Source: Mobula hypostoma (Eukaryota). From it: a stretch of 64,000 nucleotides of DNA. The stretch is from assembly GCF_963921235.1 (NCBI RefSeq), contig NC_086108.1, positions 75,208,001-75,272,000 on the forward strand, in the 5' to 3' direction. Below are positions 11,310 to 23,473 of the stretch, one piece after another; position 1 is the first letter of the stretch, and the number at the start of each line of letters is the position of its first letter. The notes beneath the pieces are model-generated. The model did no database searches. It was given only the letters and a program-made list of their open reading frames with translations, and was not told where the DNA came from. Both the position numbers and the translations under genes were made by a program.

Positions 11310-12889
11310 CATAGAAACATAGAAACATAGAAAATAGGTGCAGGAGTAGGCCATTCGGCCCTTCGAGCCTGCACCGCCATTTATTATGATCATGGCTGAT
11401 CATCCAACTCAGAACCCCGCCCCAGCCTTCCCTCCATACCCCCTGACCCCTGTAGCCACAAGGGCCATATCTAACTCCCTCTTAAACATAGCCAATGAAC
11501 TGGCCTCAACAGTTTGCTGTGGCAGAGAATTCCACAGATTCACCACTCTCTGTGTGAAGAAGTTTTTCCTAATCTCAGTCCTAAAAGGCTTCCCCTCTAT
11601 CCTCAAACTGTGACCCCTCGTTCTGAACTTCCCCAACATCGGGAACAATCTTCCTGCATCTAGTCTGTCCAATCCCTTTAGGATCTTATACGTTTCAATC
11701 AGATTCCCCCTCAATCTTCTAAATTCCAACGAGTACAAGCCCAGTTCATCCAGTCTTTCTTCATATGAAAGTCCTGCCATCCCAGGAATCAATCTGGTGA
11801 ACCTTCTTTGTACTCCCTCTATGGCAAAGATGTCTTTCCTCAGATTAGGGGACCAAAACTGCACACAATACTCCAGGTGTGGTCTCACCAAGGCCTTGTA
11901 CAACTGCAGTAGTACCTCCCTGCTCCTGTACTCGAATCCTCTCGCTATAAATGCCAGCATACCATTCGCCTTTTTCACCGCCTGCTGTACCTGCATGCCC
12001 ACTTTCAATGACTGGTGTATAATGACACCCAGGTCTCGTTGCACCTCCCCTTTTCCTAATCGGCCACCATTCAGATAATAATCTGTTTTCCTATTTTTGC
12101 CACCAAAGTGGATAACTTCACATTTATCCACATTAAATTGCATCTGCCATGAGTTTGCCCACTCACCCAACCTATCCAAGTCACCCTGCATCCTCTTAGC
12201 ATCCTCCTCACAGCTAACACTGCCACCCAGCTTCGTGTCATCCGCAAACTTGGAGATGCTGCATTTAATTCCCTCATCCAAGTCATTAATATATATTGTA
12301 AACAACTGGGGTCCCAGCACTGAGCCTTGCGGTACCCCACTAGTCACCGCCTGCCATTCTGAAAAGGTCCCGTTTATTCCCACTCTTTGCTTCCTGTCTG
12401 CTAACCAATTCTCCACCCACACCAATACCTTACCCCCAATACCGTGTGCTTTAAGTTTGCACACTAATCTCCTGTGTGGGACCTTGTCAAAAGCCTTTTG
12501 AAAATCCAAATATACCACATCCACTGGTTCTCCCCTATCCACTCTACTAGTTACATCCTCAAAAAATTCTATGAGATTCGTCAGACATGATTTTCCTTTC
12601 ACAAATCCATGCTGACTTTGTCCGATCATTTCACCGCTTTCCAAATGTGCTGTTATCACATCCTTGATAACTGACTCCAGCAGTTTCCCCACCACCGACG
12701 TTAGGCTAACCGGTCTATAATTCCCCGCTTTCTCTCTCCCTCCTTTTTTAAAAAGTGGGGTTACATTAGCCACCCTCCAATCCTCAGGAACTAGTCCAGA
12801 ATCTAATGAGTTTTGAAAAATTATCACTAATGCATCCACTATTTCTTGGGCTACTTCCTTAAGCACTCTAGGATGCAGAGCACTCTAGG
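11310..12889 (-). mobile_element. Young 5'-truncated CR1 (HER1-like) LINE
   Basis: Uninterrupted 485-aa RT ORF, a 3' UTR containing cgaagggccgaatggcctactcctgc, and a (TTTCTATG)n tail. Confidence 0.93.
11409..12866 (-). CDS. CR1 ORF2 reverse transcriptase (partial)
   Basis: [49 protein letters not shown] and VRPHLEYCVQFWSP. Confidence 0.9.
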   Translation of the reverse strand: MLKEVAQEIVDALVIIFQNSLDSGLVPEDWRVANVTPLFKKGGREKAGNYRPVSLTSVVGKLLESVIKDVITAHLESGEMIGQSQHGFVKGKSCLTNLIEFFEDVTSRVDRGEPVDVVYLDFQKAFDKVPHRRLVCKLKAHGIGGKVLVWVENWLADRKQRVGINGTFSEWQAVTSGVPQGSVLGPQLFTIYINDLDEGIKCSISKFADDTKLGGSVSCEEDAKRMQGDLDRLGEWANSWQMQFNVDKCEVIHFGGKNRKTDYYLNGGRLGKGEVQRDLGVIIHQSLKVGMQVQQAVKKANGMLAFIARGFEYRSREVLLQLYKALVRPHLEYCVQFWSPNLRKDIFAIEGVQRRFTRLIPGMAGLSYEERLDELGLYSLEFRRLRGNLIETYKILKGLDRLDAGRLFPMLGKFRTRGHSLRIEGKPFRTEIRKNFFTQRVVNLWNSLPQQTVEASSLAMFKRELDMALVATGVRGYGGKAGAGF

Positions 12890-14028
12890 ATACAATCCAT
12901 CAGCTTTACGTCAAGGCAACCCGTGCAGTACTCGCTCAGGGCTCGCTCATGAGACAGGTTCCATACCTCTGTAGGAGTCTGTCAGGGCTGCCTCCTCTCC
13001 CCCACTCTCTTCAACGTCTTCCTGGAACGGATCGTGAGTGTTGCTCTTGAAGATTATGTGGGCACAGTCAGCATCGGAGGGAGGAACATCACAAACCTAA
13101 GATTTGCTGACGACATTACTGGACTTGCAGGAAAAAAGGACGAACTGACCAACCTGGTCAGCCATCTTGACAGAGCCTCCACAAAGTTTGGAATGGAAAT
13201 AAGTGCCGAGAAAACCAAGCTCATGGCAAATGCCATCGGTGCCATCACAACAGACATCTCAGTCCATGGTCAGAAACTTGAGACAGTGCCTGGGGGCAAT
13301 CATCAGTGATGAAGGATCAAGACCAGAAGTCCCGGCAAAAACCGCACAGACAATGACTGCACTATCCAAACTCAACACAACATGGAGGGACAGCAACATC
13401 ACCATGAAGTACAAGACCAGACTCCTGCGTGCGTTGGTATTCTCCACTTTCCTGTATGCATGTGAGACATGGACCCTCACAGCAGAGCTACAGAGGAAGA
13501 TACAGGCATTGGAAATGAGATGCTATCGCAACATCTTGGGCATCTCATACTTGGACCACATCACAAACGAGCTGGTCCGCAAGACCATCCAGCACCACAT
13601 TGGCCACCATGAAGACCTTCTCACAACGGTGAAGAAAAGAAAGCTGAGATGGTACGGCCATATAACAAGATCCAGTGACCTTGCAAAGACCGTTCTACAA
13701 GGAACTGTGGAGGGGAAAAGGAGAGGTAGACAGAGGAAAAGATGGATGGACAACATTAAAGAACGGACAGGGAAAGCATTTGCAGTGACCCAGGATCTGG
13801 CACACAACCGCGACAGATGGAACAGACTGGTGCAAAGCTTGTCATGACGGCGCCCCGACGACTCCACCAGGAGTTAAGGGCACAAGGCAAGGCAAGGCAA
13901 GTTTCTGTACCACAAAAATTTAAAAAAAAGTTCCTACATGTTTGTTTTAATTAATTTTGGTACAAAATAAGGAAAAGTAAAATAAATGTTTGTCGTGTTG
14001 ATTGTTCAAAGGAACTTACGATATAATA

Positions 14029-14238
14029 ATCATCCAGCTGGCCAGTGGTGTAGTGGCAGCCTCACTGGACTTCAAGGTGAGTGGTCCCTGGTTCGAACGC
14101 AGCTGGGAGCTTGCACACTTTCTGTCCGTGTCGGGTTGAGCATTAAGCAAGCAACTCAGCCTCGTAAAAAACGACAACATGCTAAAGAAACGGTAAGGCT
14201 GCGGCCCGATGCGCTATGAGGGGCTGAAAGGAACAACA
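14029..14238 (+). mobile_element. tRNA-derived SINE with (CAA)-type (RTE-like) tail
   Basis: A-box tggtgtagtgg, B-box ggttcgaacgc, tail gaacaaca, and TSD atataata (14021-14028 / 14239-14246). Confidence 0.75.
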
Positions 14239-14249
14239 ATATAATAGTA

Positions 14250-14525
14250 GAGCGCAGGAACAGCTCCTTCTGTCTACCATATCTGCATCGACCATGATGT
14301 CAACCTAAACTATTCTCATCTACTTACGCATGTTCATCTATCTGTCCAAATGCTTCTTAAACTTTTCTATTGTATCTGCTTCTACCACTTCTCTTGACAG
14401 TGGGATCCAAGCATCTACCACCCTCTGTATATGAAAACTTGCCTCCTCTAAACTTCCCCCTCTCACTCTAAACCTATGTCCGCCAGTACTCAACCCTTCC
14501 ATTTTGAGAAAAAGACCATCTTCTA
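14250..14525 (-). mobile_element. Old CR1 3' fragment
   Basis: Minus ORF GHRFRVRG...QRVVDAW...VVEADTIEKFKKHLDR. Confidence 0.75.
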
Positions 14526-15344
14526 TAACCAACCTGTTTTTGAAACCAATCTATCAAGTGTGCATAGATCAGACTACCATGAAGGAACTTGTCAAATATG
14601 TTATCAATTACTTATATACACTATGGCTAAGTCTGAGTTCTGTTGACTTTGATTCTAAGGTGAATTGTTAGCTTTTATCTTGTGGCCTCATTTTTTAAAA
14701 TTTTGATAAGTAACTTTAGTATTTTTCATTCAGTATTTGTCCTATCTGAAGGTTGTCATTGAGCTAAATTTAGACACACGTATTCCTTGGCATGCTACTG
14801 CTCTACCCTCATCAGTTATTTTTGTCACCTTCTCAAAAAATCTCTGTCAAGTTTGTGAGATGTGATTTACCACACACAAAGCAATGCTAACTATCTTTAC
14901 TAATTCTACACCTTTGCAATCTGAGCAAATTCTCAATAATTTCATGACCACTAATAGAAGGTTCAGCTGCCTATAAATTCCTGGATTATTCTGAGTGCCC
15001 TTTTCCCACCTTCAGGAACCCCTCCTCCCCACATCCATGGCTAAAGAGGATACAAGGCTTTACGAATGGAATTTTGTAAAGGTATTAGTATAGGAACCTC
15101 GACAGGAGTACTGTATTTATCAAGGACATTTAAGAAGAACTTAGGATTCACCATCTAGGATATGCTAAGGGATGTGTATGTCTAACTGAACTCATTGACT
15201 CATCTTCTCTAGGATGTTAGCTTTGGTAGGTAGGAGAGTGATAAAACTCTGTTAGCAGATGTCCATTTACTTTGGATCATTTACTCCCAGATATTCATCT
15301 TCTGCATTTCTTCTTTACATGGACAAACTGAGCTAAGTTTCTGG

Positions 15345-15785
15345 AGTCACAAGAAACTGCAGATACTGTAGTCTGTAGCAACAAATAATCTGCTGAAAGA
15401 ACTCAGTGGGTGGAGCATCATCTGTAGAAGGAAAGAATTTGTGGATGCTTCAGTTCAAAAATCTGCATCAGGACTCATTCAGCCTAGAATGTTGGTCTTT
15501 CTGCCTCCCACAGATGCTCCTCAACCCATTGAGTCCTTCTGGCAGATCATTAGTGGACCTAACTTCCTTTTATATTGCACAGATAATCTCTAAATGACAG
15601 ATTTAGCTGTTGAAAATCAAAAAAGAAAACGCAGATGCTAATATTCTGCAAAAATAAATAAAATGAAAAGGCTGAAAATACTCAGCAGGTTAGGCCGCAT
15701 CCATGAAGCAAGAAATGGATTTCCTTGCACTCCACAAATACTACTTCAGATGCTGACTTCTTCCAGCCTTGTTCCAGTTTATCAT
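15345..15785. mobile_element. Two old PLE-derived fold-back fragments (~15345-15550 and ~15620-15785)
   Basis: Each starts with the reverse-complement PLE end (..gcagat(a/g)ct..) and ends with the forward ..cagatgct..tgag..; the first contains tgcatcaggact, a hammerhead remnant. Confidence 0.55.
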
Positions 15786-17562
15786 GTCTCCATGTTTCGG
15801 CTTATTTAGTAATGCAATTCTGCATTGTCCAATCTTTCCCTGAATCATAAGAGATCTGATTTTATAGAGAAACAATGTGCTATCACATATAAAATAATCC
15901 AGAATTAGTAATTTCAACACTAATCTAAGATTTAATTTACATATCCTTAGCTTTCACTGAAGAATTCTCAATTATACTAACTAATTCAAATAACATGACT
16001 GAAAGGATTCAGTACTAGTCTGTTCACTTCACTTGGCTCCTTTCACATCTTTGATAATTTTAAAGTTAATTCATCACCAGCATTTACTCCCTAGCTCCAG
16101 GTTCTTTTCAAACACAAGGTATATTAATGTTAATAATGCCCTCCTTAGAAAGCCTCCTAATGGCCTTGATTAGCATTCTCCACATTGGAAATAAACACGT
16201 CTTTTATCGGAGCCTTCTAAACATAATGTGTTTCACCTCAACTTCAGAATATTTGATACCTTGCTTGGTATAAAGAAGAATGTGCATTATCATCAAACCT
16301 TAGTCCCAAGTATACTTTGCATTTTTTAAAACCTAATGTAGGATCTACGTGTAAGGAAAATAGTGATTAAATTATAAACTGTGAGGAAAATGCAATTTGA
16401 AGGTTTCCTATTAAGTTCTGACACTATTAATTTCACAGACTGACATATAATCTTACAGGCAAGCGACTGGTGAGAAATTAGTCTCTGCTTTTTGTTTAAG
16501 TATAAATTTACAGGATAAGTTAAACTACTTCTTCCAAGTGGTTCCCCAATTTGATCCCAAATTAAGCAGCCATTTTAACTCAGTTAAAAAAACAGCAGAA
16601 TTAAAGTGTAAGAGGCCAAGAATGGAGAAAGAGTGGGAGAGTAAAAGCCTATTTTAATTCCTTCTTTCTGTCAACTGAGTGTTAAAAATCAACATTTTAC
16701 ATTTCTAGCTGTTTTGGGTTGAGCATTAAAATGTTTTCACAATTTCTTGTAAAATGCTCTGTTCATTAAGAGATAATCCTGCAAGTATAACAGTAGTAAA
16801 TTAGTTTATTTTGACTTGTTCGTTGCTGGATAATTAATTGATCTTTTTCACAGTAATTCTCCATGAAGGAATGATAATTATACCATTCTCCAGAAACAAA
16901 AGCAACAGGTGTAATTTATTTTTTATTTACCACCTTAAAATGCTCACACAAATGGATTTCACAATACTTGAGACATTAATTGACACAATAATTTCTAGGA
17001 CTGCTAATGCTGCTGGCTCTGGTCCAAAATGCTCAACAGTAGAAAAAAAATCTCTCACAATGTAAATCTCACATAGCACTTCATTAATAAAGCCACTTCA
17101 CTTAAAAGCAGTCTTCAGTTCTAAAAGGTTTCAACTGGGTCATGTCTGCATGATATCTTTCAATGTAGAAAATTAATACATCTTCAATCACAACAGTTAT
17201 TTAAAAATCTAAAGATTCAGATTGTTATTGTATCTTCGACTAAAAAAAAGCATAAGCTCTTTTTCAATTGTTCCAAAGCTAAATCTGTCTATGGACATAT
17301 TTATTGGAGAAAAACATGAGAATATAGCGTTGGAGCCACGTTAAGGTTTTTTTGCGAGTCTGAAACAGATACTGCACATGGAGTGTGTATTCAAACCAGG
17401 AGGACAAAACAGGCGTGAAATGGAGCCCGAGGATACTCTGTACTGCCAACCCCAGTCTAGCTCCAAAGGCAGGTTGCCTACGTCATGCAAATGAATGCTA
17501 AAGTGCTTGCCTTGCCTGCATAAGACTGAAGCTTTATCCCAGCATCCCACAATCTCCACCCT

Positions 17563-17792
17563 TGTGGTAAACCATGTATATATGTTGTAACTCTGTTACC
17601 TGTCTGGACACACCCCTCTGCTGACTGCTCCTGTGGCTCCTCCCACAGAGTCCTGTATAAAGGTGTTCGTCTTGCCCCTCCCCCTCAGTCCGGGGGCAGA
17701 CACTCACTGTGGAGGTTGTATTGTACAGCGAATAAAAGCCTTTCAGTATTTTTACCAAACCTCAGTCTTTTGGAGTAATTGAAGGTGCTTCA
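17563..17792 (+). mobile_element. Solo LTR (230 bp)
   Basis: TG...CA ends, 5-bp TSD accct (17558-17562 / 17793-17797), and internal tataaa then aataaa. Confidence 0.85.
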
Positions 17793-18935
17793 ACCCTGTC
17801 AAGGAAGTGAAGAGAAGATGGAATGCCAATAACAGCCTTCCTTCTCCTGATTTCATAAGTTTGCCAGGTCACATTCATGCCTGGAAAATTTGACCAGAAT
17901 AGATGCAATGTTTCTCCATTCTCTGCTATTCATTTCACCTAATGGGCCTTACAAACAAGTGCAAGTCATTTAATTAGCACATGTAAGGGGCCTAATGTTT
18001 ACATCAGTTTGTGATGAAAGTATCAGAGGAAAAGCTGGCAAATATAGGTACACCGTCCTCTTTACAATTCTGCGGCCGTCCCAGATTGGCCCTTGTTTCA
18101 ACATTGCTACTTCATCCCACACTCAGTGGTTTTATTGCCTGTTTCTTTCCAGACACTCAGCTGTGTTTGTTTTCCTTTGTCTTTCTTTGTTACTCAATTA
18201 CTGATGGAGTGCTATGTGGACTCATTACCATGGCTGGATCTAAAGGAATAAGCTGGACCTTTCTAGAATCCTTCATTGGCAAGATTACTTTCCTAATGCC
18301 TGCAAACTTTGCAAAAGGTTGAATTGGAAATAAAACACATGCTTTTTTGAAATGTCACCACTTTTATTTTTGTAAAATTCAATAGATGAATACTGCTTCA
18401 ATCTGGCCAGAGTAGACCATAATTGAGGAGATGATAGACTAAAAAATAAAAATGGTTTCAAATTAACTGTGTATTCTTGAATTTTATTTTGCATTCCCCA
18501 TTAAATGATGAATTTTGTTTGCCATTCTTTCGTTCCAACCTTCTAATGATGTAACTCATTAAAACACTGATAAAACAGAAACCCTGTCACTGTCTGTGTG
18601 ACTACAGAAAAACTTATCCACACAACCACCAACACCTATTAAGCACCTACCTTTTCACATCTTCATGAACCTTTGAAAACAGTGAATTGCATTAGAATCC
18701 CTTCTTCCACTGTGCCCTTCAGCAGAGATTTTAATGCTCAAATTTATTTCAAGAACTGAATACCCATAATGCAACTCTGACCCTATCCAAAGTAAGGCTT
18801 CATTCTAAACCCTACGTTTCTTTTTCCTGCACACAATCTTCCCTACACTCCCAAATGTTTTATACCATGCCTATTTCTAGCCTTCCTTATCTTCATATAT
18901 CTAACGAGACTAAAACCTCACTGTTATTGACACAA

Positions 18936-19155
18936 CACACCCAGAATGCTGGAGGAACTCAGCAGGTCAGGCGACATCTGTGGAAATGAGTGCAGTCGAC
19001 ATTTCGGGCCGAGACCCTTTATCAGGACTCATGCAGGGTCTTGGCCTGAAACGTCGACTGTACTCCTTTCCATAGTGCTGCCAGGCCTGCTGAATTCCTC
19101 CAGCATTTCATGTGTGTTGCTTGGATTTCTAGCATCTACAGATTTTTGCTTGTTA
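18936..19155. mobile_element. Short head-to-head PLE fold-back element with two hammerhead remnants
   Basis: Inverted arms; TSD gttatt(g/a)acacaa (18923-18935 / 19156-19168); hammerhead-like sequences at 18993-19030 (-) and ~19028-19060 (+). Confidence 0.8.
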
Positions 19156-19414
19156 GTTATTAACACAAGTTTCTCTATGTGCCAAGTTGCAAATGTTAGG
19201 TACAAACCATTTTAATAGTATAGGTACTCCAATAAGACTGAAGGTGAGGATGTCAGTATTAGCTTTCTCTTAAATGATGATGAACAGTTTCTGAAGTCCG
19301 TAAAGACAGAGCAAAATGTAATAATCACAGATGCCCTGCTCTTCACAGACATTGCAGTTGGACCTGGCAAACACACGGATGAAAGTCATAATACTTATCT
19401 ATTAGAAACCCATA

Positions 19415-19880
19415 CAGTTCAAGATTCAGAATTCAAGGTTGTTTTATGTCATTTTCGGTACACAAATGTGAAGGAGAATGAAATAATTGTTACACCAGAT
19501 GCAATGCAGCATAAAAATACACAATAAGAACATAATAATAATAAAAATGCAATAAGTATAAATATGTAAGATAGCTTATATATGTAGATTCATTGTAGTA
19601 TGTCCATAAAGTGATTTTAGGCACAGGAGTGTTTGTACGTAAGATGATTGATGGGAAATGATAAAGTAGTGGTGCTAGGAGTGTGAAGGGGTGGGTTAGT
19701 GGGTGGAAGTGTTGATCAGCTTTTTTGCTTGGGGCAAGTAACTGTTCTTGAGTCTGGTGGTTTTGGTATGCATGCTACTTTGAATCCTCCCTGATGGGAG
19801 TAGGTCAAACAGTCCATGAGCAGGGTGGGATAATTCGTGATGTTTCTGGCCTTGTTCCAGCAGTTTTCTGTGTACATGTC
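19415..19880 (-). mobile_element. Rex1/Babar-type 3' fragment
   Basis: The tail repeat and ORF end resemble 2233-2620 and 60380-60900. Confidence 0.6.
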
Positions 19881-20109
19881 CTTTGTGAACACACGAGATA
19901 ACACTAGAGCTACTTCATACAAACATTTGTGGATTTTTAATGGTATGAGCAATAAACTGCTAAGCAATCTCTTTAGCATTGAAAAAATAGTTTTCTTCTT
20001 TTAATTTCTAATGAAGATTTAAACAAAACAAATTAAAAAGTCAAGTTTTAACTTTTCTTCTATCCTTTACATAATACTACCTAAAGGTTGTTCCACTGTT
20101 AAAGAAAGC

Positions 20110-22297
20110 TCTAAACAGAAAGCAGAAAATTATAGGCTGGTAAGTCTATAATTCAGTTGTGCAAAGTTATTGGAAGGTATTCTAAAGGACCAAATATGCA
20201 AGCATTTGGATAAAAAAGGACTGACTAAGGATAGCCAACATGACTTTGTATGTGGTACGTCATGTCTAACCAATCTTATAGTGTTTTTCGATAAAGTTAC
20301 CAGGAAAGTGGATGAACACAAGGCTGTGGATGTTGCCTATTTGAACTTTAGTAACACACTTGACAAGGTCCCGCATGGGAGGCTGGGGCAGTTGCTCAGC
20401 ATTCAGGGTGACCTAGTAAATTGGATTAGACTTTGGCTTTGTGGGAGATGTCAGAAAGCAGTAGTAGAGAGTTGCTTCTCTGACTGGAGGCCTGAGACGA
20501 GTGGTGTGCCACAGGGATTGGTGCTGGGTCTTTTGTTGTTTGTCATCTATATCAGTGATCTGGATGATAACGTGGTTAACTGGATCAGCAAAGTGGGGAT
20601 GTGGAGCACAGTGAGGAAAGCTATCGTGGCTTGCAGAGGGATCTGCATCAGCTGGAAAAATTGGCTAAAAATATGGCAGATGGAACTTAATGCAGAGAAG
20701 TGTGAGATTTTGCACTTCGCTTGGACCAACCAGGGTCGGTCTTACCAAGTGAACGTGAGGTGTGGTAGAACAAAGGGATCTGGGAATACAAGTCCATCAT
20801 TCATTGAAAGTGGTGTCACATGCAGACAGGGTTGTAAAGAAAGCTTTTTGTATATTGTCCTTCACAAAATCAATGTATTGAGGCCAGAAGATGAGATGTT
20901 ACATTGAAGCTGCATAAGACATTGGCGAGGTTTAATTTGGAGTATTGTGTGCAGGTTTGGTTACCTACCTACTGGAAAGATGTAAACAAGGTTGAAAGAA
21001 TACAGAGAAATTTACAGGCTATTGCTGGGTCTGGAGGGCCTGAGTTATAAGGAAAGATTGAATAGGTTAAGACTCTATTCTTCAGAATGTAGAAGAGTGA
21101 GAGATTTGCTAGAGGTATACAAAATGATGAGGGGTATAGATAGGGTATATAGAAACATAGAAATATAGAAAACCTACAGCACAAAACAGGCCCTTCAGCC
21201 CACAATGCTGTGCCGAACATGTACTTGCTTTAGAAATTACCTAGGGTTACCCATAGCCCTCTATTTTTCTAAGCTCCATGTACCTATCCAGGAGTCTCTT
21301 AAAAAAAAACTATTGTGTCTGCCTCCATCACAGTCCCTGGCAGCCCATTCCACGCACTCACCACGCTCTGTGTAAAAAACTTAACCCTGACATCTCCTCT
21401 GTACCTACTTCCAAACACCTTAAAATTCGATTTCATTTATACAGTTTAATTATTGAGAAAGCTCCTTGTGTTTGTATCAGACACAACTTTAGCTTTACCT
21501 GCCAGGGATTAGTATCATTAGATGTCTGTTTATAAATGATTTTGGAACACCACACTGACAGAATGTTTTCAAGCTTTTGGACTTTACAACTTTTATATAT
21601 TTTGTATTGGTATTGCTTGTTGCTTGCCATGAATCTACAAGACTCAAAATCCGATGATAATCTGCTCCCTTTGAATTTTCTGGAGAAACTATTGAGGAGA
21701 ACCAAATAATTCAGGAGGCACCTTGATCCCGCTGTGCTTTCCTTTACATGACAAACCCTAAACCAAAACAACAAAACTTTCCTCTGTGAAAACAATAAAA
21801 CATTGGGTTTTTTCTGTGAGTGCATTGTTTCAGTTCTACAGTTGTAGTCAACATTACACTGCTATAATGGTCTATGTACTCCAGTCCTCACTTCCCCACC
21901 TAGTCCTGCAGCTTGAAGTCCTTCTACTCATCAATGTGAACAATAGACCACCATCGTAGATAGGGTATATGTAAGCAGACTTTTTCCACTGAGGTTGGGT
22001 GGGACTACAACCAGAGGTCATTGGTTAAGAGTGAAAGGTGAGAAGATTAAGGGGAACATGGGGGGAAACCTCTTCACTCAGAGAGTCGTGAGAGTATGGA
22101 ATGAGCTTCCAGCACAAGTAGTGCATGCAAGCTTGATTTCAATGTTTAAGAGAAGTTTGGATAGGTACATGGATAGTAGGGATATGGAGGGTTATGATTC
22201 CTGTGTAAGTTACTGGGACTAAGCAATTAAAATGTTTTCAGCATGGACTAGATGGGCCGAAGAACCTGTTTCTGTGCTGTACTTCTCTATGACTCTA
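20110..22297 (+). mobile_element. Degraded CR1 LINE interrupted at 21151-21956
   Basis: ORF 20170-20907 (SQHDFV..SCLTNL, SGVPQGLVLG) and ORF 21995-22222 (RGHWLRVKG..FTQRVVRVWNELP), ending in ...ctctatgactct. Confidence 0.85.
21151..21956 (-). mobile_element. Chimeric insertion: CR1 3' tail (~21150-21424) plus ~530 bp of non-repeat sequence
   Basis: Flanked by the 14-bp direct repeat tagatagggtatat (21137-21150 / 21957-21970). Confidence 0.7.
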
Positions 22298-23219
22298 AAT
22301 ACCAACTTTCTTTTCACACTTTTTGTCTGAATGATTTATTCCAATTTGCATCGCAGGCTCAGCATGCTTCAATGCATGTTCTTCAATCATACAGACTGAA
22401 TTACACAGAAAAGCTTTCCTTATTCAGGAAGACTATTATCTGTAGAGTGAACTGTACAGAATGGCACTTGTGCTATCCAAAGACCCATATGAATTCTATG
22501 TAATTAATGAAGGATCCTTTTTGTTCACTGCAAAGCATAAATTTAAGTCTAATTTGCAATTATGCAAATCATCCAATGTTTATTCTAATTTCCTGAAATA
22601 CACAGACCAGGCTATGCTAACGTACAGCTTTGCTAAATCTAAGTCACCAGGCACAAAATGGACTGAGAGTAGTAAGTGACAAGACATTGGGGAATAAGGA
22701 GGGAACGAGGTGTGATTAGGAATTGGCAGCAGATTGGAATTCATTCATATGTGCTGTGTCATATGACATGAGCAATGATGGTCTTTCCATGATTATCCTT
22801 GGCAAAAATTTTCTACAATGTCTTTACAAGACAGGTGACCCGAGCCATTATCAATACTGTTCAGATGTGTCTTCCTGGCATCATTGGTTGCATAATCAGG
22901 ACTTGTGATATGCACCATCTGTTCATATGACCATCCACAATCTGCTCCCATGGTCTCACATGACCCTGATCGGAGGGCTAAGCAGGCACTGCACCTTGCC
23001 CAAGGGTGACCTGCAGTCTAGCGGAGTGAAGGAGCACTTTACATCTCCTTTGATAGAGACGTATTTCCACCCTGCCACCCTGAGGTGAAAAGTTGCCACG
23101 TGGGGTCAAGTGAATTGAGGATGAGGTGACCAGGTCTGGATACAAAGGTACTTAGTTGTCTTAATATGAGTTTCCTCTCCATTGTGATGTTGAGTCATAG
23201 TCAGCACGGTACGTACAAT

Positions 23220-23465
23220 GGGGTGGCATGGTAGCATAGTGGTTAGTGTAATGCTTTACAGCACAAGTGACACGGGTTCAATTCTTGCCATTGTCTGTAA
23301 GGAGTTTCTTCATTCTTCCCTTTACCGTGTGTGCTCTGTTTTCCTCCCACATTACAAAGTCATATGGGTTAGTCTTAGTGGCCTGATTGGTCACATGGGT
23401 GTAATTGGGCAGCAAAGGGCCTGCATGCCAGAATGTCCTGTTACCATGCTTTATCTCTAAATAAA
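23220..23465 (+). mobile_element. tRNA-derived SINE (HE1/V-SINE-like)
   Basis: tagcatagtggttag A-box, gggttcaattc B-box and tttcctcccaca central domain. Confidence 0.75.
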
Positions 23466-23473
23466 GTAATTAA

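Larger units (their letters stand above)
11291..13899 (+). mobile_element. RTE-clade LINE (second family), 5'-truncated and interrupted by a CR1 insertion
   Basis: TSD agtttctg (11283-11290 / 13900-13907) and a (CAAGG)n tail. RT motifs NLRFADD, FLYACETWTL and KKRKLRWYGH. The reading frame GQKLIH|TIHQLYVKAT joins across the CR1. Confidence 0.85.

Noticed and set aside
21433..21825. 130-aa minus-strand ORF in the captured segment as a retrogene
   Set aside because: It has no recognisable domain or protein-like composition, so it cannot be supported without a search.
23220..23290. tRNA gene
   Set aside because: The A and B boxes belong to a SINE head, and no full cloverleaf forms; the same applies at 14040-14105.
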